Shown in pieces: positions 51,626 through 64,000 of a stretch of 64,000 nucleotides of DNA. The position numbers and the translations under genes are program-made. Position 1 is the stretch's first letter, and every line of letters starts with the position of its first letter. The notes below the pieces were generated by a model that saw only the letters and a list, made by a program, of their open reading frames with translations, did no database searches and was not told the DNA's origin. Source of the stretch: Trichoplax sp. H2 (Eukaryota); NCBI GenBank assembly GCA_003344405.1, contig NOWV01000012.1:930001-994000 (forward strand), written 5' to 3'.

Positions 51626-53291
51626 ACTTTAGTTCCTTCTACTTGTGTACATGTCATGTCATGTCCTGTTGAAGAATATGAAAATTGATATTATCCTTTG
51701 ATTAACTTAATTAAAGTCATCCATTGATCATTAGGTATTGACTAGATTCATACTGTACTGTACTTTACTGTCTGCAATTGGGATAGCTACTGCCTAGTCG
51801 GATTGTTTTATACGGACGTTGTACTTTCTACCACAGGAATGAAATTGGTAGGGAATAATCCCTACAACCGATGATAGCACTTTCAAGGGTACAGTATATC
51901 GAGTTGCAATACGGTTTACATTTGGCATGGCCGTTAAAGGAAATTCATCCATAAAACTATAATTTAATTCCCTCTATACATACGCGTACAGTATATTGGC
52001 TCTATAACATGTTTACTAAAAAAATTGACGTTTCTGTTTCATTCTCTTTTCCAGTAATTTTTTGTTGCTAAAAACCGTAGGTGCTTGAACGTTCGTTGAT
52101 GATATTGCATCATGATGGAATGGGAATAAGAATACTGCAAAAATTCATAGTTTTACTAACGGAGAATTTTTGTTTCTTTTATTTAGAAAGACAGTATCAA
52201 ACTATAGTATATGGCTGCATTTCATTGCGTATTCAATTGGATCAGAGATGTTAGCATAACTTGACGCCATTACTACCCATGATTACGTCATTTGCATAAT
52301 GACGTAGTAGTGGCAGGAAAGGGCGGAGAGGAATGGTTGTGTAATAACTCTGCATAAGAAATATTTCTAGCCTAATAGAGCGTCAATATTTTGCGATTTC
52401 ATTTCTGTATTTGTTTATGCATTCCTTTTTATATTATAAATGGCTTTCAGCAGTAGATATTTCGTTCCCTGTATCTGTATGCGTTACGATGAGTTCTAGC
52501 CCAGTGCAATATATATTAGTGTCCCAACGTGAACAGGTATTGCCACTTTATCTTCTTGTTTGTTGCTAACAGAAGAAGAGCGAAAGGGTCATAGTTTTAG
52601 CAAGCTAATAGTAACAGCTGTATTGAAGACTCGGAGCAATTTGGTAAAACGCTTGACTAGCATAAGAGACAGGGACACTTGGGATCAACGAATAACAGTA
52701 GAACAGCGTACAGTATGTCTACGCATAGACGCTGGCTCCTTCTACTCCTACTCACATTACTAATTGCAAAGGACGTCATTTAACGACAGCTTTTAAGACA
52801 TGTGTCCTCTCTAATGATAACGCAACATACTGTACACATATTGATTCGTTTTGAGCAAATTAATAAGCGTTGTAGTATCCACAACGATCATGTAGAATTA
52901 GAAATGCAACTATACATGAACGCGTGCAGTTATCATAGGCTTATACGTGTCCAACAATCGTAGTAATTGATGAATATCAACAAGCTTATACTCATTATAA
53001 TGATTATAATTAATAAGACATTGACAACTATGTAAATTCCTCTCTTACAATCACGTCCATAGCATGACAGACGGTAATCAACTATATGCTACAATACCAC
53101 CATAACCAAGCAAGAAATAAAGCAAAGAAGGCTTGATTAGACGAGTAAAGCAAGAATGGCTGAAAGCGTAATAACATAGCTAGCAAGAAGAAGCAAACTT
53201 AAGCGTCCTAGCTGCCATCTACGGCAATCGCCGCCATTGATATAGGCTTTCGTTTTGTGCAGGTTGAGACCAAAGCTTGGATGCATTTTGG

Positions 53292-53410
53292 TCGTACTGT
53301 AGACTGCTGATACTTGTACAGTTGTTCTACAGTACAGTACAGTACTGTACAGTACAGTATAATCGGTTCTACTGTACACTGTACTGTACTGGACAGATTA
53401 CAGTATAAGG
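53292..53410. promoter_or_regulatory. Motif cluster upstream of DDX11
   Basis: ctacagtacagtacagtactgtacagtacagta and tactgtacactgtactgtactg. Confidence 0.55.
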
Positions 53411-53688
53411 TAGAGTCTGTCCGTCTATCCCAACCAACAGCCCAACACGATACGATAGGGTATCGGCTACAGCTCAGAAAAACTCTGCAATTCTGATATT
53501 CAGCCTTTGCCTGCATTAAGGATAGGATTATTACTGTGACAAATACAACGATATATCCAACGATATCGACGATCACTATAATGTGCAATTCCTTTTCGAT
53601 GTTGATGATGGCTATCGTAGAATACCGTTGTTAGGGTATCGTAGGGTAGTAGTGTCATTGGGGGCTATCGCAACAGCAATTCTACAGC

Positions 53689-56600
53689 ATGGATATCCAT
53701 CATGATGAGCTCAATCAATCCAGCCAATGGCCAGACTTTGATTTCCCATTCCAACCCTATGATATACAAGTGCAATTTATGAGAACTTTATACACTGTAT
53801 TGCAAGATAGAAAGATTGGCATTTTTGAAAGTCCAACTGGAACTGTAAGTTTTGCTTGATTTACAGGTCGAAATGGGCTATAAATGATATAGTCCATCAG
53901 TACAAAGTTTGAATAGTTTGCTTTATGCCGGCTTGTAAACTAACGATGCATAGTCTGTTGTTAAGTTTCTTGATTTGGAATACAGTTTTATACTAGAACC
54001 TGTACTAACTCTGATGCATGGATGCTATTAGGATAAAATACTTTACAAAGTATGCTAATACGTAGCTGAAAAAATACTGTAGATCAATTTTAACAACCAT
54101 TTCTTTTATAAATATACGTTTTACCTACATTGTACGTGTAATAGATAGTAGTATGCTTATCGTAATAATGGTGTTGTTGATGCTGCATTTCATAAAAGGG
54201 GAAATCATTGAGTTTAATCTGTGGCGCTATAACTTGGTTAAATGATTTTAATCGAAACATCGAAGGCAGGATTGAATCAAGGTACTGTAGTAGGATAAAG
54301 CAATTGTAAACATGTTTTCTTGCTATTGATAATGTCCCTTTTACATGTGTTATGCTCTATAAACTGCAGCAATGATGCCATTGAGTGTAATCGCTATGGT
54401 CATTTATTGCAGTTATTGCTTACAATCAACACTCGTACATACATCACTATAATGATTACGTGACGAGCACTTGTTCGCATTATTATAACTATCATGTGAG
54501 CTTATAAGTTGGCATTGATAACAGTGCTTGAGCTATTGTAATGATTAAACTCACAGAGGAAACAAGTGCAAGAGTTCGAATGCGATGTAAATGTGACCAC
54601 TACCTCAGATTAATTACAATTCTTTGTCGATCACTTCATATATTTTCACTTATTGCACCCTTATAGGCTAGAAAAGCAACAGGTTACAGCGATATCACAG
54701 GACAAGGATGGTAAGGCGCTACACCTACAAGTATATAATGTGCTGGAACTTTTCAAGTTGTTTGATAAGAAGATTACATGAATAAGGTGTTATTCAATAG
54801 GGCGCTGATTCAATAGTAAAGCTCGATATACAATTGTCTGTAATTTTAGAGCTCAGTTGGATAACGGAATATGATCAACAGAAAGCTGATAGGGAACGAT
54901 TGCAAATAGTTCAGGTAATAGCACCTCTTAATAAATTAGTACTCGGTCTATGACTATGCAATTGCCAAAATGGTCCTTAGTATAAACTTTCTATTAAGTA
55001 AGCGATCTTGAATATAGAGTTTGACTCGTAAGCCATAATGAAATATTGTTATTGTTTCGCTTTTGTAAATGTATTAATTACTGATGCATGTATGTTAAAT
55101 TGATATACTAGAGTATGAAACAAAAATTATTAGATAGACAATCTCGTTTGAAGAATATTAAGAAAAATTTTTCAACAGTTAAAACGAAGGTATGGAACGA
55201 TGTCATTATGATGCAGTTTATACACTAAAGATTATGACTAAATGAATTACTATAAAACATTTAAGAATCTTAAATCTTAGTTTATGTACACATATGCGTA
55301 TTACAGGCTGACCAACGAAGTACGATTGAATATGAAGATAAATCTAATAGTGGCTCTACAGAAGACTTGGACGACGAAGATTTATTAATTTATGATTACC
55401 ATACTGATGAGGAGGAAGAAACAAAACTAGATAATGGGTAAAAATCATTAACTATAACTTTGGATGATGCAGTGATAATTGTAATTTATTAAAAGCGTAT
55501 ATGAATAAATAAATTTTTTTACGGACGTGCTTTGTTGCATACCACAAATCATACACGGTAGCGCTTCTGAGGAAGAAGAAGATGGAAAGATTGCCGATGA
55601 CGATCCTGAAATTACAAAAATTTACTACTGCAGTCGTACTCATTCACAGCTAGCTCAATTTATTGGTGAAGTAAAAAAATGCAATTTTGCAGATAGTATT
55701 CGCCTTGTTGTTCTTGGATCTCGACAAAATTTATGTATTAATCCTTCAGTTGTTAAGCTAAAATCTGTGAATAAAATTAATGATAAATGCCTTGAAATGC
55801 AAAAACGAAAGAAGGAAGAAAAAGGTTAGTATTTTCGTATCTTGCTCTAATATTTTAGCATATATAAATTTCAAGTAATAGATGCTGATTTCAAATTAAT
55901 TACAATAGTAACTGTGGCTCATAAAGATAGCAATAAAAAAAGAAAAATTTCAAAATTATCTGGATGTCCTTACTTAAATATAGCCAGTCGGAACGATCTG
56001 CGCGATTATATTTTGGTTTGTAAAATAAATAGATTTCGGTACTTTTAATTTCAAGATATTCATGAACTTAGCGTTCATAGTTTAAATAAAATTTACGATT
56101 CTTTCAAGGCTGATATTCACGATATTGAAGAGGTGGTTCATTTTGGTACATCTTTAAAAGCATGCCCTTATTACGGAGCAAGAGCAGCATTATCGCAAGC
56201 TGATATTGTTGTAACGCCATACAACACATTACTTAGTAAATCGACTCGTGATGCTTGCGGCATTAAGCTAGCTGGTAATGTTGTGATCGTTGACGAAGCG
56301 CACAATCTATTAGAGACCATTGGCAACATAAACAGCGTTGAGTTATCTCATCGGCAGGTGATTTATTGCCATACAACCTATTGAATCAATGATTCTGTTT
56401 ATCTTGCATACGTTGCTGAAACAGCCTTCACATTGCAATCATGTAATCTGTTCATATTTGTAAATATAATATTTTATATCTTTGATACAGTTAACAGAAG
56501 CTATGCACCTGCTACAATGTTATCAAGATCGCTATAAGAAAAGACTAAGTGCAAGAAATTTGGTATTTATTAAGCAGCTGATATACCTATTGAAATGTAT

Positions 56601-59039
56601 CGTTGGTATATTTACTAATACGAATAATAAAACTTCACCCGAGAAAGGTATTTTTAACCTAGCTATCGGTCTTCTACTTATATACTAATCATATTAACAA
56701 ATATATACTTTACGTTATGTTCTGTTCTAGAGACGAGTGTCTACCGAAGCAATGACTTCTTACTCTCACTTAACGTTGATAATTTGAACTTATTTAAGGT
56801 TAGGTTGAATAACTGTCTTACCGTTTAGCATATGTTAAATATTGACATAACCGCGATACTTTCATTACATTTTAATTAGATTTTAAGATACTGCAAGCGC
56901 ACTTCAATTTCCAAAAAGGTTTATTCTGGATATTTATTATTATATGCTTGGAATGATCTTCAAATTTTAATAGTAACAAAAATTTTTAGCTTAATGGATT
57001 TATGGAGAGATACAAATCAACAGTACAAGTATCGACTAGGTCGGAAAGTACAGAGCATGGCGAAAATGATAGCATCTATGATAGTTATATGGCTGCATTT
57101 CAAAACATAGAAAATTTCTTAGAGCTCTTGACAAATCCTAATCAAGATGGCAGAGTTGTAGTCAATCATCAAGGTAAGAATTAGTGATTAATAATGGTTG
57201 CGTATGCAGTTCTAACGTAAGTGAGCCAACTTATATTTGTTCATTTGTTGCAGCAATGCAAAGTCAGTCGACTGTGAAATACCTGCTTTTAAATCCAGCA
57301 AGTTACTTTGCTGAGATAATTAATGACTGTAGGGCAGTCATTATCGCTGGTGGTACTATGCAACCGGTACGTGGCGGTCAGCAAAGATTATTCAGCATTT
57401 GTTAAAAAAATTATCATTACCAGATAAAGTTCTTTGTATCTGTTAAATATCAATGAATATTTGACCTAGAACGTGGTTAGATATCCACTCTTATACAGGA
57501 TTAAATTTAATATTGAATAATGTTATTATTCCTGTGGTTAGGTAAATGATTTAAGACATCGATTGTTCTTTGCTTGTGGGGTTGAGTCTAGTAGAATAAC
57601 CGAATTTACATGCGGTGAGTATTAATTGAGTTTGTAAAATAAGAGAATAATTTTATGCGAATATGCATATGACTATTTTAATAGGGCATGTTATTGCGCC
57701 GGACCGAATATTACCTTTCTCGTTGTCTAAAGGGCCTTCAGGCTTAGAGTTGGATTTCTCATTTCAGTCAAGAGAGCTTAACACAATGGTAATACTAGTA
57801 GGCACTTTTATAACTGAATTGTGTATGATAATAAACTGAAATATATTTAACGATTCGATTTTTAGATTGACGAATTTGGAAGAATTTTACTTAATTTTGT
57901 GAATGTTATACCTGGCGGTATGGTATGTTTCTTTGCCTCTTATGATTACGAAACGATTGTTTATACCCGATTAGAGAAAACTGGAATACTAGAAAAAATT
58001 GGGAGAAAGAAAAAAGTTTATAGAGAGCCTCGAAAATCAGCTAAAGTCGAACAAGTATTATCTGATTATGCTCGATGCATTCAGGTTAGATATTGAATTC
58101 TATTGTTGTTTGTTATCCTTACCAGCAGTTATTGGATTAACCTATTTACTGCCTGTAGTTAAGCGACAAAAAATTGGGAAGTACTAGCTTGAATGGAGCC
58201 GTACTATTTAGTGTTGTTGGAGGCAAAATGAGCGAGGGAATAAATTTTTCCGATGGTTTAGGAAGGCTAGTTAAGCTGATGAAGCGCAGTTCTTGCCTGA
58301 TAACTATAGATTAGAAATGTTATTAAATAGTGTATATTAATTATTATTATTATTAATACGACACAACTCTTTCTTAGGTGCGTTATCATGGTTGGCTTGC
58401 CATATCCCAATAGCAAGTCTCCAGAACTGATTGAAAAAATGGAGTATTTAGATTCTTTATCGAGTGTATGTTGCCTATAGTAAAGCAATATATGAAATCA
58501 AACCGTTAAAATTCCACTGTATGATTTTCATTTAACTCGTAGGTCTCTTCACCCGATTCATCGAAGACCCTTGGGCAGATGTATTACGAAAATATCTGTT
58601 TAAAAGCGGTGAACCAATCTATTGGTAAGTTAACTATTGTTATCATTTTTCCTGCTTTTCTGGTATTTAGTATAAGATATTGCTGTATGCTGTAATTATA
58701 GAAGATGTTATTATTATATTATATCCTAAATGTTGAGGGCGTGCAATTCGACACATCAATGATTATGCAGCTATCGTTCTGCTCGATTATCGTTATAAAC
58801 GATCGAGTATCCGGTCTGGACTAGCATCATGGATAAATGAGCGTTTGATTGAATACGACCGTTTCGGTGCAGCTTTCGCGTCTACTCGTAAGGTATTATT
58901 CTCTTAAGTACATTGTATTCCTCCTGCTGTGCACTTCTGCAGGGTAAACGTAGTTATAGCTCTAGTTGAATAAGCTAACTGTAAAATTCTGAACATGAGA
59001 TTCGATTAGTTTTTTGCAGATAGACAATCAAGTTCTTAA
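53689..59039 (+). CDS. DDX11: Fe-S DNA helicase DDX11/ChlR1 (multi-exon)
   Basis: [109 protein letters not shown] and [13 protein letters not shown]. Confidence 0.95.
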
Positions 59040-59520
59040 ATTTGCTGCGGATTAATCATCTTTGGTCCATTCTCTGTGATTAAGTTTTTTTACAGTGGTT
59101 TAAAATTATGTTTATTTAAGTCAATTCTAAGTTTAATATCTAATTGCGATATTTGATTTGGAAAGAACGCTTGTTTCGCTTTTGCTATTTCAGGATGTTT
59201 AATATATTGTTTCGATTAGTGTCTTTAATGAATTTAATTCAATGACACGTAACGATAGTTACGTAAAGTAGTTCATTTAGGGAACAATTTCTGTTTAATT
59301 AAGAATTTGAAATGGTTTTTTTCTTCTGAATAAAACATTTTGTCCTTGTGACAAACTTTTATAACTGGTAAGTGATACAAAATCTAATTTTTAAGATGAC
59401 ACTATCACTTCAAAGCCGAGATACGAATATTATGAGTAGGAGGAAATAATGTCCACTAGTCATCATAACTATAAGTTGATTCTTATGTTATATAAGGCTT
59501 ACGAATGCGTGTTTGTTGTT

Positions 59521-59970
59521 CTAGTTGGTGTTTTTTTTTAAGGTAGTTTATAGGTAATTACAGTGACTGAATTTCTTGCCAGCTATTCCTAGTCAGTATT
59601 CCGTTACTGCGTAATATGACAGTTGTATCTACAGAACAACTTAGAAATTCGGGCATTATGCAAATCCTTACAAAAGTATGCCTGTTGTGCTAGCTAGTGT
59701 TTTTTCAAGGTAGATTGTAGGTAATTACAGTCACTGAATTTCTTGCTAGCTATTCCTAGTTAGCATTCCGTTGCCATGTAATGTGATCGTTCTACTACAA
59801 AATAGCATATAAATTTAGGTATTATAAAAGTCTTTATAAATGGGTATACATATTGTACTAGCTAGTGTTTTTCAGATAGATTGTAGGTAGTTACAATCAC
59901 CTAATTTCTTGCCAGCTATCCCTAGTATGATAGTTATTTCTACAATACAGCAACTGAATTTGGGCATTCT
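59521..59970. repeat. Three diverged tandem units of ~168-169 bp
   Basis: CTAG.T.GTGTTTTT..A.GTAG.TT.TAGGTA.TTACA.T.AC..AATTTCTTGC.AGCTAT.CCTAGT starts at 59521, 59690 and 59858. Confidence 0.85.
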
Positions 59971-60577
59971 TGAACGTTTGTAAAGTTACTTGCTATTGGA
60001 AAATCGACTTTTCAACAATCCTTCAAGGTGGAGAATCAATATAGCTTGATACTAAGTTTGCCTATTCGAATTTTATCTATTTATTACATAATTAAATTTA
60101 TGAAGTTGGAAATGCAAAATGGATGATCAACTGTGAGATCATTAGGCAATTTTGACTGTAAATCAAGTCAGGTATCACTACACCAATTGTACACTACAAT
60201 TTGAATAAATAAAACAGAATTGACATTTGTGTTTATGCTGATAATTGTAAACGATTGTGATAAAGCTATGCTTAAAACTTTGACATGAAAAAGTTCAAGG
60301 TGCAGATAAGAAAGGAGACGCTGTATTTGACAATGAGTTGTAGGTATATTACTGTACAATGTTGGCAATCAAGGCCGCAGCCTATTGCGAGTTGATGGTG
60401 AAATTGATAGATATACTGGTATGTATTTTAACATTGACAATCACTATAATCGTTAGTACATATACAACAGCTGGATATGGTGGTATAGGGCATATTCATT
60501 TGACAAAAAGTTCAATCATTAAGTGATCCATTCATTGTCCATCGGTTGAGTAGGAGTAGCGGTGGATCAGGGTAACA

Positions 60578-61231
60578 TTATCGCCTCTTGCTGATTGCTT
60601 TTTTAGTGATTTTGCCTTTTTTACCTTCGGGAAACATCCATTGAAAAAATGTGGACATCTCTGGTAGGTCTTTCGATTGTTGTAAGACATTCATGTTTTG
60701 AAGTTCTTTCTGTACTTCTGGATCATTGGTTGATAGTAATTTGGGTAAGACAACAACAAGTAATAAAGGCAAGACCATCATAATGACCATAGGATTATAT
60801 AATATATCGGCCATTTTCCATGATTGGCGTTGCTCGAAGAATTGCATCGGCTCTTTAGCACGTAATTTTAGAGGATAAGGAAGGATTGATACTTGCGATG
60901 GTTGTAAATAATTGACTTTTCGAGCTCTAATTTTGCCTTTACTACGACTAATATCAACTCTTACTGGCTCGAAATAGTAATTGGGTGATGCCACATGAAC
61001 AATATGTGAACCAGCAGGAACATTATGAACGGTGAAAGAGCCATCGTATTGCAGGAAGCCGATCAATTTGGTTCCATCAACTAATATTTTTGTACGCGTT
61101 GTCCATTCTAGTTGGCGTTCATTAGGTAGAGAAACTTTCCCTTCAATTTTATAAAGCTCTTCAGCGATGACGAAAGAGTTCAATATTACATAAAAGATGC
61201 CAATGGATATCCAACGAATTGCCGTCGCCAT
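60578..61231 (-). CDS. EMC7: ER membrane protein complex subunit 7, intronless (ATG at 61231)
   Basis: Signal peptide, then GFLQYDGSFTVHNVPAGSHIVHV..YYFEPVRVDI..GKIRARKVNY, PYPL, W...DILYNPMVIMMVLPLLL..LPKL..DPE and a basic C-terminus. Confidence 0.93.
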   Translation of the reverse strand: MATAIRWISIGIFYVILNSFVIAEELYKIEGKVSLPNERQLEWTTRTKILVDGTKLIGFLQYDGSFTVHNVPAGSHIVHVASPNYYFEPVRVDISRSKGKIRARKVNYLQPSQVSILPYPLKLRAKEPMQFFEQRQSWKMADILYNPMVIMMVLPLLLVVVLPKLLSTNDPEVQKELQNMNVLQQSKDLPEMSTFFQWMFPEGKKGKITKKAISKRR

Positions 61232-62405
61232 GATTTCTGTCTTGGCCAACTACACAAGTATTGACTACAGAAAAGGGAAGCTACAGACAGACAGCAAAGG
61301 ACGGATGAACATTGCGTACTTTTGCGTACGTTTACTGTACACAGTGTACAGTACAGTGCTGTACTGTATTGTACTCAGTGTACTGTACTGTAGTCCACAA
61401 GCATGTCCCGTACCAATGCAGTATACTTGCATGGAGAAATTTTCCCTTCAATTTTATAAAGCTCTTCAGCGATGACGAAAGAGTTCAATGTTGCATAAAA
61501 GATGCCAATGGATATCCAACGAATTGCCGTCGCCATGATTTCTGTCTTGGCCAANNNNNNNNNNNNNNNNNNNNATAAAGCTCTTCAGCGATGACGAAAG
61601 AGTTCAATATTACATAAAAGATGCCAATGGATATCCAACGAATTGCCGTCGCCATGATTTCTGTCTTGGCCAACTTACACTCATGTGTCGGTGCTTTGCG
61701 TCAAGTGTTGACTACAGAAAAGGGCAGCTACAGACAGACAACAGTGGACGGATGAACATTGCGTACTTTTGCGTACGTTTACTGTACACAGTGTACAGTG
61801 TACAGTGTACAGTACAGTGCTGTACTGTATTGTACTCAGTGTACTGTAGTCCAGAAGCATGTCCCGTACCAATGCAGTACTGTACACTTGCATGGAGAAA
61901 CTTTCCCTTCAATTTTATAAAGCTTTTCAGCGATGACGAAAGAGTTCAATGTTGCATAAAAGATGCCAATGGATATCCAACGAATTGCCGTCGCCATGAT
62001 TTCTGTCTTGGCCAATTACACTCATGTGTCGGTGCTTTGCGTCAAGTGTTGACTACAGAAAAGGACAGCTACAGACAGAGAGCCCTTGACGGACGAACAT
62101 TGCGTACTTTTGCGTACGTTTACTGTACTGTATTGTAGTCATTGTACTGTAGTCCAGAAGCATGTCCCCATACCAATGCAGTACACTTGCATGGAGAAAC
62201 TTTCCCTTCAATTTTATAAAGCTCTTCAGCGATGACGAAAGAGTTCAATGTTGCATAAAAGATGCCAATGGATATCCAATGAATTGCCGAGGCCATGATT
62301 TCTGTCTTGGCGAACTACACTCATGTGTGTCGGTGCTTTGCGTCAAGCATTGACTACAGGAAAGGACAGCTACAGACAGACAGCCGTAGAGGGGAACATT
62401 GCGTA
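61129..62405. repeat. Tandem array (~5 units, ~300-340 bp) of the EMC7 5' coding end plus upstream DNA, interrupted by an assembly gap
   Basis: GAGAAA.TTTCCCTTCAATTTTATAAAGCT...CCATGATTTCTGTCTTGGC recurs at 61129, 61434, 61575 (truncated by the gap), 61895 and 62194. Confidence 0.9.
61555..61574. other. Assembly gap (20 N)
   Basis: Run of N in the sequence. Confidence 0.99.
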
Positions 62406-62564
62406 TAAAAACGTAGTCAAATAGTTGACCTAAAGACAGTCCTGGACTACTGGAAAAGAATCTCTTCTAGGCAACAGTCATGGACTACTGGAAAGAAGGA
62501 AGAGGGAGAGCGACTGACTTGACTAGACTAGCGAGCGATGTGTAGGCCGACTGTTTTGACGGGT

Positions 62565-62830
62565 CAACTGTACTACAGTACTGACCAGTGTATAGTACGC
62601 CGTTGCGGCTAGGTTGGTTTTGCACAGTAGAGTGTACAATGGCAGTCGTAGCGTCTAGTAAAATGACCTACCAAAATGTTGGGATAGGCATTTGCAGCAG
62701 GTTCCCCATGTGTCCTATCAGTATGACGCGTCATTTGCCAAGGTCGTGGTACAGCGTACTGTACAAATACGAGCACTATACTGTACCGTATCGGACCGGA
62801 CCGGACCGATCTGTTCCGTTCCGTACTGTC
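62565..62830. promoter_or_regulatory. SEC63 proximal promoter: motif copies, ATGACGCGTCAT palindrome, (GGACC)3
   Basis: ctgtactacagtactg at ~62568; perfect 12-bp palindrome at 62723-62734; locally GC-richer. Confidence 0.5.
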
Positions 62831-62880
62831 TGTGCCAAGCGTGTCTTCCTCTGTCTTAGCGTCCCATCAACTGTTCCAAC

Positions 62881-63004
62881 ATGGCAGGCGCAAAATTTAC
62901 TTACGATGAAAGTGGCAATACGTTCTATTACTTTGCAACTTCCTTCTATTTAATGATATTAATCCCCTTGACATATTATTACCGCCCTAAGAAGGAAAAG
63001 AAAG
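62881..63004 (+). CDS. SEC63: Translocation protein SEC63, first coding exon (gene continues beyond the window)
   Basis: MAGAKFTYDESGNTFYYFATSFYLMILIPLTYYY matches the SEC63 N-terminus; donor AAAG|GTAAG at 63004/63005. Confidence 0.88.
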
Positions 63005-64000
63005 GTAAGATTGCATTTCATGATGACTCCCCTTGCCATACTGCCATCATTCTTGCATGGTATCATTACACATGCTTGGATGGATGCTATGCTAACTACT
63101 CACAGGTGGAAAATGATATTCAATCAATCAATCAGTTCAAATACTCAGTAATAGGAATCAATAGTAGTATTTCTCATTTCAATTTGGCATCAACTTGCCA
63201 TCGAGGATACAGTTGGACATGGGTACACAGTATGTTTTATGTCCGATGTACTTGTAAGTAGACTACGTGCCGTCAACAAAGTACAGTACCCGTTATTCAT
63301 GAATTCTCATCATAATGGACGACTGCATTTCTCATTGGATTACGATTGAATCTGGTCAACAAATATTTTACTTTCAGTTTACTGGCTAACATAGCCATTT
63401 CTTGTACTAAAGGATAGTCATTTTATGAGTTATAAGTCCATTGCCATACACATGGATTGTATTACTAAGTTGACATATTCAATCCATACAGTTACAAGAA
63501 CGAAACCCAACTGTAGTAATTCATTCAATGATATAATTATACTTTCTTCTTAAAATCCAATGGAAGAAGATCGTGTATACTAGAACAGATCGACATTCAA
63601 TTCCTTTAGTAGTCACCATAATATCATTCTTTGCATGGACACTTGAAATAAATGTCTTACATAAAAATTTCTACTGGTTGATTTCAATTTGACAATACTG
63701 TAGTGGATGCTACTGTAGTAATCAAACGATAAATTGCATTTACTCAACGAGTAGAATGAATACTTGTTATAGTAGCCATGATCATTGGAGTATATCGACT
63801 TAAGCTGTATAGTAGCTCTTTCTATTGATAAAGCTATACTTTGTTGAAGATTTAAAACTTACATTGTACAGTATTACAGTCCTCTATCAAAAAAATAATT
63901 CAAATTCTGTCAAACTTGAAATTATAAAGAAACACCTACGCTACATTCATATTCTGAATGACATGGATTGACTACTCTGATATACGGTATATTCTACAGG

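Noticed and set aside
53137..53588. Short ORFs rich in TVQYS/YCTVL (also at 32-269, 19339-19533 and 61197-62353)
   Set aside because: These are translation artefacts of the (TACAG)n motif clusters and of the EMC7 array.

Overview
AT-rich, intron-dense eukaryotic (animal) genomic DNA with mostly ~60-130 bp GT-AG introns. The style fits a compact early-branching metazoan such as a placozoan (inference only). Gene order: ALKBH8(+), GTPBP8/EngB-like(-), tRNA-Thr(CGT)(-), THOC2(+), PCF11(+), an intronless SEL1-repeat/polyQ protein(-), a DDIAS-like OB-fold/Zn gene(+) whose conserved N-terminus is missed by the ORF track, RAB33(-), DDX11(+), intronless EMC7(-) and the first exon of SEC63(+). There are no prokaryotic systems, CRISPR arrays or intact transposons. 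Most interesting observations: (i) clusters of the palindromic TAC[A/T]GTA / (TACAG)n motif upstream of most housekeeping starts; (ii) a tandem array of the EMC7 promoter plus signal-peptide segment inside the divergent EMC7/SEC63 interval; (iii) two candidate minor-spliceosome introns in THOC2; (iv) apparent ancient linkage with human 11q/Xq genes; (v) intergenic tandem duplications with periods near 150-170 bp and about twice that; (vi) decayed kinase and adhesion-GPCR-like relics. Exon boundaries were assigned by eye.
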